Origin: Ramazzottius varieornatus
Taxonomy: Eukaryota > Animalia > Tardigrada
Assembly (NCBI GenBank): GCA_001949185.1
Contig: BDGG01000009.1
Coordinates: 547,624-611,623, forward strand
DNA: 64,000 bases
Reading direction: 5' to 3'
Shown here: piece after piece, positions 22,734 to 34,499 of the stretch
Position numbering within the stretch: position 1 is the stretch's first letter
Layout: every line of letters begins with the position of its first letter
Notes under the pieces: model-generated
Seen by the model: only the letters and a program-made list of their open reading frames with translations
Database searches by the model: none
What the model was told of the DNA's origin: nothing
Program-made: the position numbers and the translations under genes

Positions 22734-24976
22734 TCATATCGTAACAAAATCACCAGACGGAGGCACGATCCAGTTCACTTTCCATTCTTTCACTCCGAGG
22801 TAGTTGCGAGAAAAGTCCCATCCTTCAGCTTTGGCCAACTTGCAGAATCGCCCGAAGAGCTCTGGGAGTTCGTTATGAACATCTCGCATCAGGTCGAAAG
22901 TCACCATGCTCGCTGTGGACAAAACAAGACTGCCAAGATATGTAGCTTTGTGTGCTACTCTTGCGGTAGATGGTTCAAATGACCATCTCACAATTTCAAA
23001 ACTTCAACTTACCATACTTCCTTTCGCTCAGTCTGTAGCCGACGACTTCTGCTTCGAATCCAGCTCGAATCACATCTTCCTGAGTGGCAAGCGGTGCCAG
23101 AAACACAAAAATTCTTCCTGTTGACGAGAAATCTTGCCATTTAAAGCCTGTGTGTTTGGGAGCTCGGCAAACAATCTACGAGAACGTTCGTCCAAGTGAC
23201 GCACATTTACTCAAGCGGCGCAAGCTTCCAGCCAATCACCATGTAAACGGGCGCCACTTGGAAAATAAAATGGTCGAGTTTATTTACCGTCATCCTGGAT
23301 TAGCTCCGTAAAAGTTTAGGCTGAACTGCATACCTTTTTCATTGTCTACGAACAGACTGTACAAGTCTTTCTCATAGATATCTTTCAGCGTGGCGCAGTC
23401 CTGAGAAGTCAGCTTGCTCTTCGGTAGTCTGCTTCCAATGGAAAGCACCCACCGCCGCGGAAGACTCAGCACGACAGGCTCCCGTAAGTTCACTTCCCTC
23501 ACCGACGGAACATTCGTACAACCAGAATTCATAAATGCTTTGACGGCTACATGAAACCGTGCTGCGTTAAAGGTCTCCAAAGATAGTGACCGGACGGCGC
23601 AGTAGTTCGCGATAATATGGACGGCAGCCAGCAGGAAGAACGCAAACCAACTCATCCTACAAACGACAAAATTCAGTTCGATAAACATTTCAGCGAGTAA
23701 ATATTGCAGCACTATAAGACAAACCATTTCGACGGCGCTATTATTGGCATGATGACGAGGGACGTCACAAGCGCAGCTAAATTCACCAGTGTTTCCTGGC
23801 TCGAGTCTTTTGCGGCCACTACAGAAGAAAAAGGTTGCTGATTTGCTACGCTTTTGGAAATATCCCGGTACGAAGACTTCGTTATCACAGTATCGAACGG
23901 GATTGCTTACCGTCACCGATGTTGTTTCTGCGTGCTTGGTGCTGGATAATCGCCGGTCTAGTACCGAGACCGGCAATGACCACGATGGCTTTCAGCAAGG
24001 CGGAAGCACAGACTATGTGGACGAAAAAGCCCCCAAAGTTTGAGCTGCAGACATCGAGAAACATAGAAACATCATTCAGTATGTCCGCTCTGAGTCTCCA
24101 TCGTTTCAGATCACAGTCCAGGTCGGTCCTACAATCAAGAATGTGAAATTTCAGAAATAGCCAGGTTACAAGCGCAGTACCCGTAATCACCCTTGAGCCC
24201 ATGCGAAAACTATCCGACCGATCATCCCCATACCATCTACAACAAAAACCACCCCAATTCAAACACGGCACTTCGTAGACGCGGAAGTCAATTTTCGATT
24301 CATGAAATGGGGAAAAGTAAAGCTACCTTTCAATACCCAGGTCATGGTGGCGGCCAGTGCTGTCGTAGCTTCGGCTCCCACACCGAGGCCTTGCATGATC
24401 GACTGGGTGGCAATAGTGCCATTAACGCTGCTGCAGAACGCCTAAAACCGTGCAGAATTTTCAACCAAGATAAAGAAGAATGTCTGTGTTACGATATAAA
24501 ATGGTAGGCCGCCGAACGAAACGTGCAAAATTGCGCTCTCAAGTGGCGCGCGCTTATGGCCAATAACCATGGAAAAGTGCGCCAGTTTCGGTAACGACAT
24601 TGTACGTTTCGTTTGCCAACCTTCCAAGTCCTAAATGGCCAAATCAGCTCACCCACCTGTATTGTGTCGTAAATTTGATAGGATAAGTAGTCCTTCGAGA
24701 CGCTATGTGGATATCCTTCTGGGAAGAAAACTTCCTGTAATAGAATGAAGAGTGGTAGGACGTTTCATCGAACATGTATCATCTGACATGATGCCACCGC
24801 ACTATGCAGAACTAACGAAACTTTTTGCGAGCTGCACTTACGTTGAAGAAGGATCCGAAGCCATACTGACGCTTACGGCCGTTCTTGAACTTTACAAGTC
24901 GATCATTCCGCAGAATGAATACGTGCTTCTGCTTCGACGGAGTCCCGCAGTATTCCTCCGCGACAATGCTCGTCAT
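22734..24976 (-). CDS. RUS1/RUSF1 (DUF647) family protein, copy 2
   Basis: MTSIVAEEYCG.. then FFPEGYPHSVSKDY, GLGVG, KRWRLRADILND, HQARRNNIGD, HIIANYCAVRSL; intron pattern similar to copy 1. Confidence 0.85.
23158..23295. repeat. Palindromic element, RUS1 copy-2 intron
   Basis: GGGAGCTCGGCAAAC start, core. Confidence 0.82.
24503..24625. repeat. Palindromic element monomer, RUS1 copy-2 intron
   Basis: AAGTGGCGCGC..GTGCGCCAG. Confidence 0.82.
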
Positions 24977-25199
24977 GGCAAGTTAGTGCAACACTATTTA
25001 GCACGTGGCAAAAGCGTAACTGGCTGAATGCGTTCGCAGATGAGGAACAGTCGTCGCGCCAAGTATGCGATACGTTTGCTACGTATGTTTTGATGAGTTG
25101 TCGATATGGCGACAGGCAAGCACAGCCTGCACAGGTGGTGAGACCGGAAACCAGATTATAGCGTGTTGTAGCCTTGTACCTAGAAAATAGCCAACAGTA

Positions 25200-25324
25200 A
25201 GTCTCACTCACACACGGGAACTCGATCAGATGAATTTTCACAGACGCGCACGTTTTTAGTAATACTGGGTGGAACCGTGCGCCACTTGTGGAAACAATCG
25301 GGTCGAGTTTGCTTACAGAGCTCC
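25200..25324. repeat. Palindromic element monomer upstream of RUS1 copy 2 (probable 5'UTR intron)
   Basis: core plus arms. Confidence 0.78.
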
Positions 25325-25393
25325 GCTATACAGCTAATAGCGAACATTATTCCTTACGTACGACTCTGCTGAACTATAGGACAATGTAGGTCG

Positions 25394-25804
25394 TCAGATG
25401 AATTCTCTAAAGGCCGTACTCACAGTTCGGCTTGCGACAACACAGGATTCATCTGCTCGCTTGATGGGAATGGGCTTTTTCGGGAGAAAAAGGTGGAAGA
25501 CTGAACAGGCGAGCGAAAGCGATGCCAAGTAGACCTACGACAAAACAGTGGAGTTGCCGCCATAATCTCCTCAGTCTGAAGAAGGGCATAACGAACCATT
25601 CTACGACTTACCGGAGGCGAAAACTCTTGTGAAGATTCGAGCGTTCTTTGTTCCAGGTTTATTCTGAGATTGGTACAACATGTAGAGTGCTGTTGCAGAC
25701 AGAACACCGGCACCAGTCACACGACAGGGGAGACAATCAGCGTATACTTCGACATCTGGGCTACGAGTTTGGAAGGGCGGTAGATTGCTTGTTGGTTGTT
25801 GCAT
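25394..25804 (-). CDS. DMAC1/TMEM261-like (DUF4536) small membrane protein, two exons
   Basis: DCLPCRVTGAG motif followed by two short hydrophobic segments; intron ~25535-25611. Confidence 0.6.
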
Positions 25805-26309
25805 TATTTAGGGGAACGCTGCATATTCCAGGGATAACTCGCAACTTGGAAGCACCCTTCGCGCACGCGCGTTCGGCGGTTGAAGTGCTTCAGATCTCCT
25901 TGGGTAGATCCCTGTCCACTAGGCAAAGCAGGAACACCAAACGCAATGAGTATCGGCCAGAGACATCTTGGAAGAATCATGCGTCGAACAAACCTTCGGA
26001 AATCAGAGGAAGAACTGAAGTCGAAGCATGAGGATCACTCGTGTTTGTGTTTACGTACATTTTGCCCTAGATGAAATATGGATACGCTTTTCACGATACT
26101 GGAGCGTTCTTTGCGCCCCGCGGACCTTATCTACGTGAGGGGTTGCTTTGTGTTCTGTAATGTGGGTGTATAACATGACATACGAACATGGTTAGCACGA
26201 ATGCTGCACGATTAACCCCAGTTTCTCCTCACTTTCTAGTCTCTCCTTAACCTTATACTCTTCCTGTTCTTCACCTTCTGTCCACGTAGTACTGTAAGAA
26301 CCCGAAAGC

Positions 26310-27628
26310 ATGACGGAGACCACGGGAAAGAGCACTAAGAGCGCGTCGCCGGATAGCGGAGCCAAGCGGCACAAGAAGTCATACAGCGCTATGCACCTCG
26401 ACAACTCCGTCCTTACGGTATACGCGAAGAACCTACGTGATGATCTGGGAGGCGAGAACGATACTGAAACGCCGAAGGACGAGGCACTGGACTTTCTGCA
26501 AAAGATTGCTCCAGAAGTCAAGGAGATACTCGTCTATGGAAAGGAAGGCGACGTCGAAACACGCTTTGGGAAGATTAAGCGTGATTACCGGAGTGAGCTG
26601 ATGACTGCCGTGGATGACAGCGTGGATGAATACCTTCTCCATCAGCTGAAAGATGCTCCTTTGACCAAGCTCACACTGCAACGGGTCAGCATGCTGAACC
26701 CGTCAACCATGAGTGGCCTGTTGTGCAAGTGTAAGGAGAGGAATTTCGAGTTGATCGTGGAGAACGTCCAAGTTAGCGTAGATCAAAGTGTGCTTTTGGA
26801 AGGCGAACCATACGAGTATGACGAAGAATGCTACATTATGGAGATCACAGGAAAAGAAACGTTCGACACTATCAGTAGGCATGAGAATGGATCGGGCGAC
26901 CAGAACGGGAAGGACGACGAAAAGACCGGTGGAGATGACGGCGCCGGAAGTGAAAAGAAGTTGGCTGAGTTAGCCAAGAAATACGCGGAATCTGTCTCTA
27001 AAAACGACCAGGAAGAGCTGAAGAAGCAGCTGGTGAAGATCGAAAAAGATGAAAAGCTTCGGAAAGAAGTCCAAGATTTTGTTGGTGCTGTCCTAAAACA
27101 GTGAGTCATGTGGGAGCTTGGCACACAAACTCGACAGAACTGTTTTCCCAAGTGGCGCATGTTTTCAGTGCTGATAGCCGGAGGCGTGCGCCGTTGGGAA
27201 ATGTGAACAACATCATTCTCTCAAGCGGCGCACGCTTTCGGTGCTATTGACGGAATGGGTGCGATACTTGAACAAACGATCATGTCGAGTTTGTTTGAAT
27301 AGAGCCCCAGATTCTAGTTTTTGTTCATCGTGTGAAACAACGGCGATAACCATAATGATACTTTCCTTTCAGGTATGCTCCAGAGCTGGTGAAAGGTGAG
27401 GAAGATGATAAGGTGGACGTCAGCAGTTTGGATTTTTCCAAGATGGACGCATTGGCACTTCGACTGCTGTGGTGGTGGACTTCGAGCTGGGCTAACGAAC
27501 AATACGAGAATCGTAAGAAGTCTGCTCGTCCCAATGACGACAAAACTAATGGCAATGCGAATAGCGAGCAAGACGATGGTGAAGAGCCGGCGGATTCTGC
27601 TGAAAGGGGAGAAGGCAAAACGCCGTAG
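26310..27628 (+). CDS. Uncharacterised acidic/Lys-rich protein (exons 26310-27100, 27373-27628)
   Basis: 264-aa open exon with coding-like composition splices in frame via GTGAGT..TTCAG to a final exon; no family recognised. Confidence 0.7.
27112..27308. repeat. Palindromic element dimer in intron 27101-27372
   Basis: GGGAGCTTGGC..two cores..GAGCCCC. Confidence 0.88.
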
Positions 27629-28123
27629 GGTGAAGAATGAAGTGGGGAGGACCCGCATAACGTAAGTCTGATGTGACCCGGAAGTCTCGCGTTATTCGTT
27701 GCATACGAGAAAGGCCCGAAGTATTATAACGCATTTGATCCGTCTTCGGTTTCTTGCCGTTAGAAGTTCGTTCTGTAGTCATTCTTTTCGTAGATCTTTT
27801 ATCGAATCCCGGTTCTGCTCTGTACTCGTTCAGTGATACATCCACGAAATCTCGTATTTTTAGTTTTATGGCTATTCCACTCCAACAGCTCAGAAGCGAT
27901 TACCGCGAATTATAGTATAAGACATCAGTAGCATAAAAAATCAGGATGATACTGTCCATACTTTGTGCCACACAAAATTACTACGGTTTTTACAGCTAGA
28001 GTATTCAGGTGATGTTCCAGGCCGTGCACACTTGAAGCATTCTTTTCTTAGGCGGATAGCTCGAACCATGGCTCGCGTACTTCGTAAACCATCGCTCCCG
28101 TGTTCCCACATCGCCGAGGACGC

Positions 28124-28419
28124 TTATCGGGCTTCGTCGAGGTTGAAGGACTTTGCGTGCTTGTTGGGATCTGTCTTGCTGGCGACGATAACGATGCCGC
28201 CACCACCATCACCACCTCCATCACCGAACTGGGCAGCCACTGAAACAAAAATTGATCAGACTCGATCTTCCATCCTACTTAACTATTTACGGTACGAGTA
28301 AGAGAACAGTCGATCCAAAAATTAATAGACCAGAAAAGCTGGATTTAGTGACGGGACTTACCCATTCCGATGTAGGCGACGAACAGGACAAAGAGCGACA
28401 GGAATGTTATCAGCTTCAT
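28124..28419 (-). CDS. 57-aa secreted Gly-rich peptide (exons 28419-28362, 28239-28124)
   Basis: MKLITFLSLFVLFVAYIGM|VAAQFGDGGGDGGGGIVIVASKTDPNKHAKSFNLDEAR*; GTAAGT donor, TTTCAG acceptor, in frame; TATA-like sequence near 28520. Confidence 0.65.
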
Positions 28420-29059
28420 GTTGGATAATATCTCAAAATTATGTATAAAGGAATTTCAATGTGGAAAAAGTGTAGTACTAGGAAAGGCGGAAGAAATGAG
28501 TGTGTGATTGAGCTTTGGTTATTATATATATCCATAATATTCTCGTTGTCTTCCGATCTGCGCCGCATGAACGGATATTCTGGCAATCAACGTAAGATAT
28601 ATTGCATGGGCTACGGTAATAAAACAAGAGTTCAGCAGGTATGCAATGTGTTTACGGATCACGTAAAGAAAGCCGATTCTTGGAAAGAGCTGCTTTGATT
28701 GAGTTCTCCGGTAAACAAAATGATTGTCGAACGAAAGACATATTGCTTCCCTTGGCGACAGGTCGCTGCTTTTTATGATGAGTTAGGGCTTTCCGCCAAC
28801 AGTGTCGTATAAGTCTGCATAATCGGATAATTCAGATAGTTTCATGGGTACCATCCAAGGCTCTCGGGAACCAAACCACCCAGGGGAACTCGCGTAGGCC
28901 CTGACGGCCTCGGGAACCCACATTTGCTTTTTATGAGGTCCCCGAAGTATGAAGAGTCAAAATGATACCAAGATTATACTGTTTCTTTTTACAGGTTGTT
29001 TTCGTGTGCATTCGTGTGGAGAAGAGAAAAGATGCTCAAGGTGAATGCTTTGACTTCAT

Positions 29060-29150
29060 GCTAATCGTTTTTCCCAACGTGGCGCACTCTCATGGCCAAT
29101 AACAATACAATCGTGCGTCACTTGAAAAGACAATTTGGGTAAAATGGTTC
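29060..29150. repeat. Palindromic element monomer (partial arms)
   Basis: GTGGCGCAC..GTGCGTCACTT. Confidence 0.75.
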
Positions 29151-29969
29151 TATGGTTCTCGGAAATTGCACCTGTTTACCGTCACACATAGAATAATCTG
29201 CTCCTCGGCTTGGCGCTGACGTGACATATGGGGCTATGGCGAAGCCAGCTGTTCGGGAGCTTCTATCGATTTTCGAACTCTGAAATGTGTATGGAATGCA
29301 TATGGGTGGGTTCCCCGAGCCCATGCTCCAGAGTCTAAACAGCTTTTATAAGTGGACCGACAGAAGGGAATTCATAAATGCTGTACGCGTAATACATAAA
29401 TCTGCGCGAGCTTATTTGCTAATTAAAGGTATCCGCAAAGCTCGGAGTCTTGAATGTTTATTAAGTTCCCCGGTCAAGGAGCGTCGAGCTTCGCGTGGGG
29501 TTTCCACTCGCAGACGCCAACGCAGAGTACTTCCAGCAGTCTTATCGGTCTGTTGACGTTAGCGTTTACGTCTGCCGTTGTAACTTTGTTTGCATCGATC
29601 ACATCACATGTCGTACATTTTACAACCTTCCTCAGCGTCTTTTTGTCGCTGCTTTCGCCTTCAACTTGATCAGTCGAGAATACATATTCAAACCGGATTT
29701 TTTTGCGGTGAGACGAGTGTGAAGATCAGCTTTGGCTTTACTGGCCGACCCGGAAATAACACCGCGGATTCTCCGCGGTCAGTAGCTCGACTTGCTGTCT
29801 CGATCTTTTACATCCGTCCTTGCTACAGCTCTGCAGATTCCAGCCTTAAGGTAGTGACGAGAAAAGAAAGACTTGAGTAAACTATTTCTGGATATTTTTT
29901 ATTGCTACTTCTTGGTCTTCGCTTACAGTCCTTCCAATCTTCAACCAACCGGCAAATCTCATCCTGAAA

Positions 29970-31046
29970 ATGCAGCCTGCAGGTCTCGAATCCAGAGCCG
30001 TCCTGTGCACTTTTAACGATCTGAAGATGAAACGGCTCCTGCTACATGCAACTTTGACGCATTTCCTGATCGGGCTAACTGTCTTGGTCCTCAGCATTCT
30101 CCTTGGTAAGACGAACAAAGAAAAACATTAGACTGCGACGGCTGACTGGCAATATAAACGTGGAGAGATGATTTGACCAGATGGTCGCTCCAAGCGGCGC
30201 ATACTCTTAACAATTAACAATGGGATTATGCGCCGCTTCGAAGGTCGGTGGTTCGAGTTTACGCAGATGGCGCACGTTTGTATTGTTACTTGTTGAAAGT
30301 GTGCGCCACTTGGGAAAACGATTTGGTTCATTCCGTTTGCCCACGTCCTGGTTCGGTTGATTAGAGCGCTGCTGTCGTGATTGATTGACTGCTACTTCAT
30401 CCTCTCACTTCCTGTTTCAGGCTCAACCGTCACCGAAGCCCTTCTTGCCGTCTGGGCTATCTTCTGCGGAGTCATCGGGCTCTGTGCGCTGCTGGCATTC
30501 CGGTCCCGAGTCTCTTACCAAAACACGTCCATCTCCTTCACGAGAATCTGGTTGCAAGTGTACCTGGTCATGACTGGGATGGCCGTCTGGCTGGCCGTAG
30601 CCACGGTCGTCCACGGAGCCATCGTCCTCAGCACCGGTGCCCATCCCATCATCAAGGAGATCGGCTACCGGATGGAAGCCATGGACTACGTTCGAACTTC
30701 GCTGTCAGTCTGGTTAATCGTCATGGGCTGTTCCAACATCGTCCTGGGCCTTATCGCGGCAGTGGCTGATCTGGTCCTGATCAAGAAAGTCATGGACGCG
30801 CTGCGCAGTCAACCCAAGGAACTACCGGCTCCGGTGACTGGTGCTCAAGTCTTCACGGAGGCTCCGCCGCATTACTCAAATGTCAGCTTCTCTAACCAGA
30901 ACTTCGAGGGTGGGGAAACTGTTCGCAACTCTGTGCCGGACTACGCTAAAGCCATACAGATGGAAGTGGCGCCACCAAGTTATGAGGTCGCTGTGGCCAC
31001 TGTTGTGGAACTGCCACCTGTCAATGAGAAGGTTGCGCTTTCTTGA
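29970..31046 (+). CDS. Four-TM membrane protein with C-terminal PPxY motifs (exons 29970-30105, 30421-31046)
   Basis: Four hydrophobic segments followed by PPHY, PDY and PPSY; in-frame GT-AG intron. Confidence 0.7.
30145..30350. repeat. Palindromic element dimer, 4-TM gene intron
   Basis: two cores. Confidence 0.82.
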
Positions 31047-31157
31047 AGGCCAACCCTACCGTGAAAGATATTGTTAGTGATCTCAAAGCACGTTTACTTT
31101 GTTTATTTAGTTTATGGTCACTTTAGTGTGATGTGTTTTTTTGTGCCCAGTGAGCAG

Positions 31158-31280
31158 GAACGTCGGCAAATGCATGCACTCTGATCATTTTTCCCAAGTG
31201 ACGCACGCCTTCAGCTAATTACTATGCAACCGCGCGCCGCTTCATATGATAATTCGGATCGAAGCATTCGTTGTTGCTCC
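31158..31280. repeat. Palindromic element monomer between convergent genes
   Basis: CCCAAGTGACGCAC..GCGCGCCGCTT. Confidence 0.75.
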
Positions 31281-31543
31281 ACTCTTCACCCGTTTGCGAA
31301 TGTCCCATTTTATGCCTGTAGTAGTAAAACAACTGTCCCGAGTATAAAATTTCACATTGCCGAAAAAAGTTCCTCTTTTCGAATAAACGACAAGCACAGA
31401 CGACGCAATTAGAAAAGAAATGCTGAGAGAGAAATTATAAAAAGCCGTTCTACGGTCTTCCGTTCCTTTTTGGTTTTGAATCAGCAAGAATACGATTGGT
31501 TCAATTTCACCTGTTGACATCTTCTTCTTTACTAGGACAAGAT

Positions 31544-34499
31544 CTATCCTTGTGCGGAAGCAAGGGCTACAGGACTGTTAGCTGGAGCATATTTTGTGAG
31601 TCCGGGGAAGGACGCAGCGGACGGGAACGAAGTCGGTGAAGATGCCGACGTTGCCGATGACGAGGAGATGCTGCGTCCGGCGTAAGTATTTTGGGGACTT
31701 ACTTGTCCGTAGTTGGATGCACCGTACTGAGATTGAGAAGGCGAATAACCTGTCGTCTGAGAAATGTATGGCGAAGGGTTAGCAGCGTAACCTTGTCCGG
31801 TGTTGCCGTAAGCTGTGGCGGGGCTCTGACCACCGTAGCCGCCCTGGGTTGGTGCACCGTAGTTTCCGGGGTTGCCACTTTGGGCGTATCCTTGATTGGC
31901 GCTACCGGCCGCGTTGATAGACAGTCCCTCCGAGGTGCCGCTTCCTTGCTCCAAGGCCACGGATGCCATTAGATCAGCCCTAAAAATGTACAGTTGCATC
32001 AGTATCAAGTATGCGATGTCGACAATTGTTTGGCCAGATGGCGCACGCTTCCAGCCAGTAATACTGAGAACGTGCGCCACTTGAGAAAAATTAATCTTAT
32101 CGAGTCACCTTGCATTCTTACAATTCTTATCGGGCTACAACTTACTCTGGATCGTAGCCGAAGCCATCTTTGACTTTGCCGAAGCCGAAGTATGGTGGGT
32201 AGTCAACGTAGATACCATATCCTTCAAAGCAACACGATAAGTTCATATGCATCGGCATGATGACCACCAAGGCAAAGATCAACAGCGAAATCACCATAGT
32301 AAGGTCCGTTACGATATCCATAACGTCTCTTGTACCCAATCAGCGGAAAGAAACCTCCGTTCGGCATCCTAGAACAAGTCAGTGTTCATGTTTGAACGAC
32401 TCTGACGTATCTCAGTGAACTTACACGCTTTGTTCTCCTTGATCGTATCCTGCAAGAAAACAATACTCTCTGTACTATTATTCTTCGAAGTGACATTGTC
32501 GTCCTCAGCAAACGAAATTTCTTCCTACTTACCATATTGTACGGGGTAGTACAAAAAGTAAGGGTACAACAAAGCAGGCGACGCCGCTACTCCCGTGGGT
32601 GTTGCTGCTCCATAAAACCTTGGACTTGACCCATACTTGGGGTTATACAAGGTCCCACTAGCCGTGTTGGGACTGGACTGCGCAAAGCCTGGCGATCCAG
32701 GTCCCACATATGACGCTCCATCGGGTGTAGCCGCAGCGTACCCTGTACCGATACCAGCTCCACTGCTGCCTCCCAGTCCACCAGCAGCGACAGCGTCCGA
32801 TGAGACACCGGTCGACGCCGCTAGACTCTGGGCAGCAAACTGCTGAGCGGAACCGGAGAAACCTACGTTGGATGGTATGGAGGAAGCCACAGGTGACGGA
32901 ATGGAACGGGAAAGGAGAGGGGCTGCTTGGACCATCTTGCTGCTGCTGTCACTTCCGGGTTCTTCGGGCTCAAGCGGATCGGCACTGCGGAAAGACAAGG
33001 CATAATTTCCAGCTGGCCTGACAGGAGATGGAACAGTGTAACTGTTTGTCCCGTAAGAATTCGTTGGGTAGTAAGGGTTGATGTTAGGCGAATAAGTATT
33101 GGATGGGTAGTAGTTATTATAATTATTTGGATAAGAATTCGATGGATAAGAGTTGGTCGGATAATTATTGGAATAAGATGGGTAAGATGCATACGGCGAG
33201 AAGGAACGCTGGCTGGGTTGTGCATAGGTGGAAGGGTTGTAAGTGTTGACGGGTGAAACGCTGCCATAGTCGTTCGAGTATGACGGATTGTAGGCAGAAT
33301 TTACCGCGGAATTTCTGAAAAATAGCAAATTGCTTAAAAATGAGGTCAAAAGTTATCGAACGAAATGAGACGAATTCATTGCATATCAGGGTTACTTTGA
33401 ATAACGATCATGACGAGCTTGTCTTCCCAAGTGGCGCACCTTTTCTGTGTTATTGGCTGTAAGCGTGCGTCACTTGGACAACGATCTCGCCGAGATAGTC
33501 TGCCGGTCTTCCATTAGTCTGCACTAGCGTACCCAGTACTCGGAGAACTTCTACCGGCAATCAAGGGTATTGCGCCGACAGGGACGGTGTAACTGAGGGC
33601 GGAAGAGCTAATGGGAAGGACGGCGTTGGTTTTGTAGAAAGGATAGAGTGTGCGACTGACACCAGTGGAGGACACTTCGAAAGGAACTTCGGCCCGAGAC
33701 TCGCTGGTCAGTCCGGAAGACTTGACCAGCGGATAAGGAAAGGAGGAATCCGCGGTGGAGGTAGCCCGCTTGAACCTTGAATGGTAGTCATTTGTGGAAA
33801 ATACGTTGCTCTGACCTAAAAGAACCAAATATTATATGAAGGATGGCGCCGAACGGTATGAAACACGAGCGAATAGCTACATTTTAATACCCAAATCGGG
33901 GCAAGAACATTACAAATAATTATGTCCACAGTTTATCTTGGCTATCCAAACTAGTCGTTTTTGCTGAGTTGAACGGGGTCAACAATAGAAAGCGGTGAGG
34001 GCTTGTCTGTAAGAAAGCCCTATTACTCTTTTCTATTTAATGATCGGCATGAGAATCAAGCGAGAAAATTTGCGGGATGGGGTTAATGGAGCTTGACACA
34101 AAAACAAGACAAAGCCATTTTTTCCAAGTGGCGCGCGCTTCCAGCCAAGAAAACTGAGCGCGTGCGCCACTTTGCGGAACAATCTTTTTGAGTGTATCTG
34201 CCAGGATCCCAGATTGTGGGTAAGATACCATAAGAAAGCTGTTTCGTTCGCAATAGAAATGATGAGACTGAGTTCGAACTTCTATCTTGGTCGTTTACAT
34301 GAGAATTTTGAGCAGTCATCATAAAGTGGAGAGAAAACGCTACCAAACGGCATTGATTACTATACGGACTTGCTAGCTGACTATGGACTGACTGACCTGC
34401 AGTGGCAACAGCGAACGTTGTCGATATTCTTAGGGCTTGAAAACAGGTGACGGAGAAGAGCAGCAGACTGCCTCCTTCTAGACGTCTGGATTGCCGCAT
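31544..34499 (-). CDS. Secreted low-complexity Ser/Tyr/Pro/Gly/Asn-rich protein (possibly cuticular/structural), about 7 exons
   Basis: Signal-like first exon, RFKR furin site, YPSNSY-type repeats, GY-rich segments; exons join in frame by GT-AG. Confidence 0.7.
32015..32110. repeat. Palindromic element monomer, intron
   Basis: TGGCGCAC-N25-GTGCGCCACTT. Confidence 0.85.
33398..33512. repeat. Palindromic element monomer, intron
   Basis: AAGTGGCGCAC-N25-GTGCGTCACTT. Confidence 0.85.
34088..34210. repeat. Palindromic element monomer, intron
   Basis: full arms and core, 123 bp. Confidence 0.85.

Noticed and set aside
28840-29330. Possible degenerate TIR element (CATGGG..CGGGAACC / GGTTCCCCGAGCCCATG)
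   Set aside because: The end match is partial and no TSD could be established.
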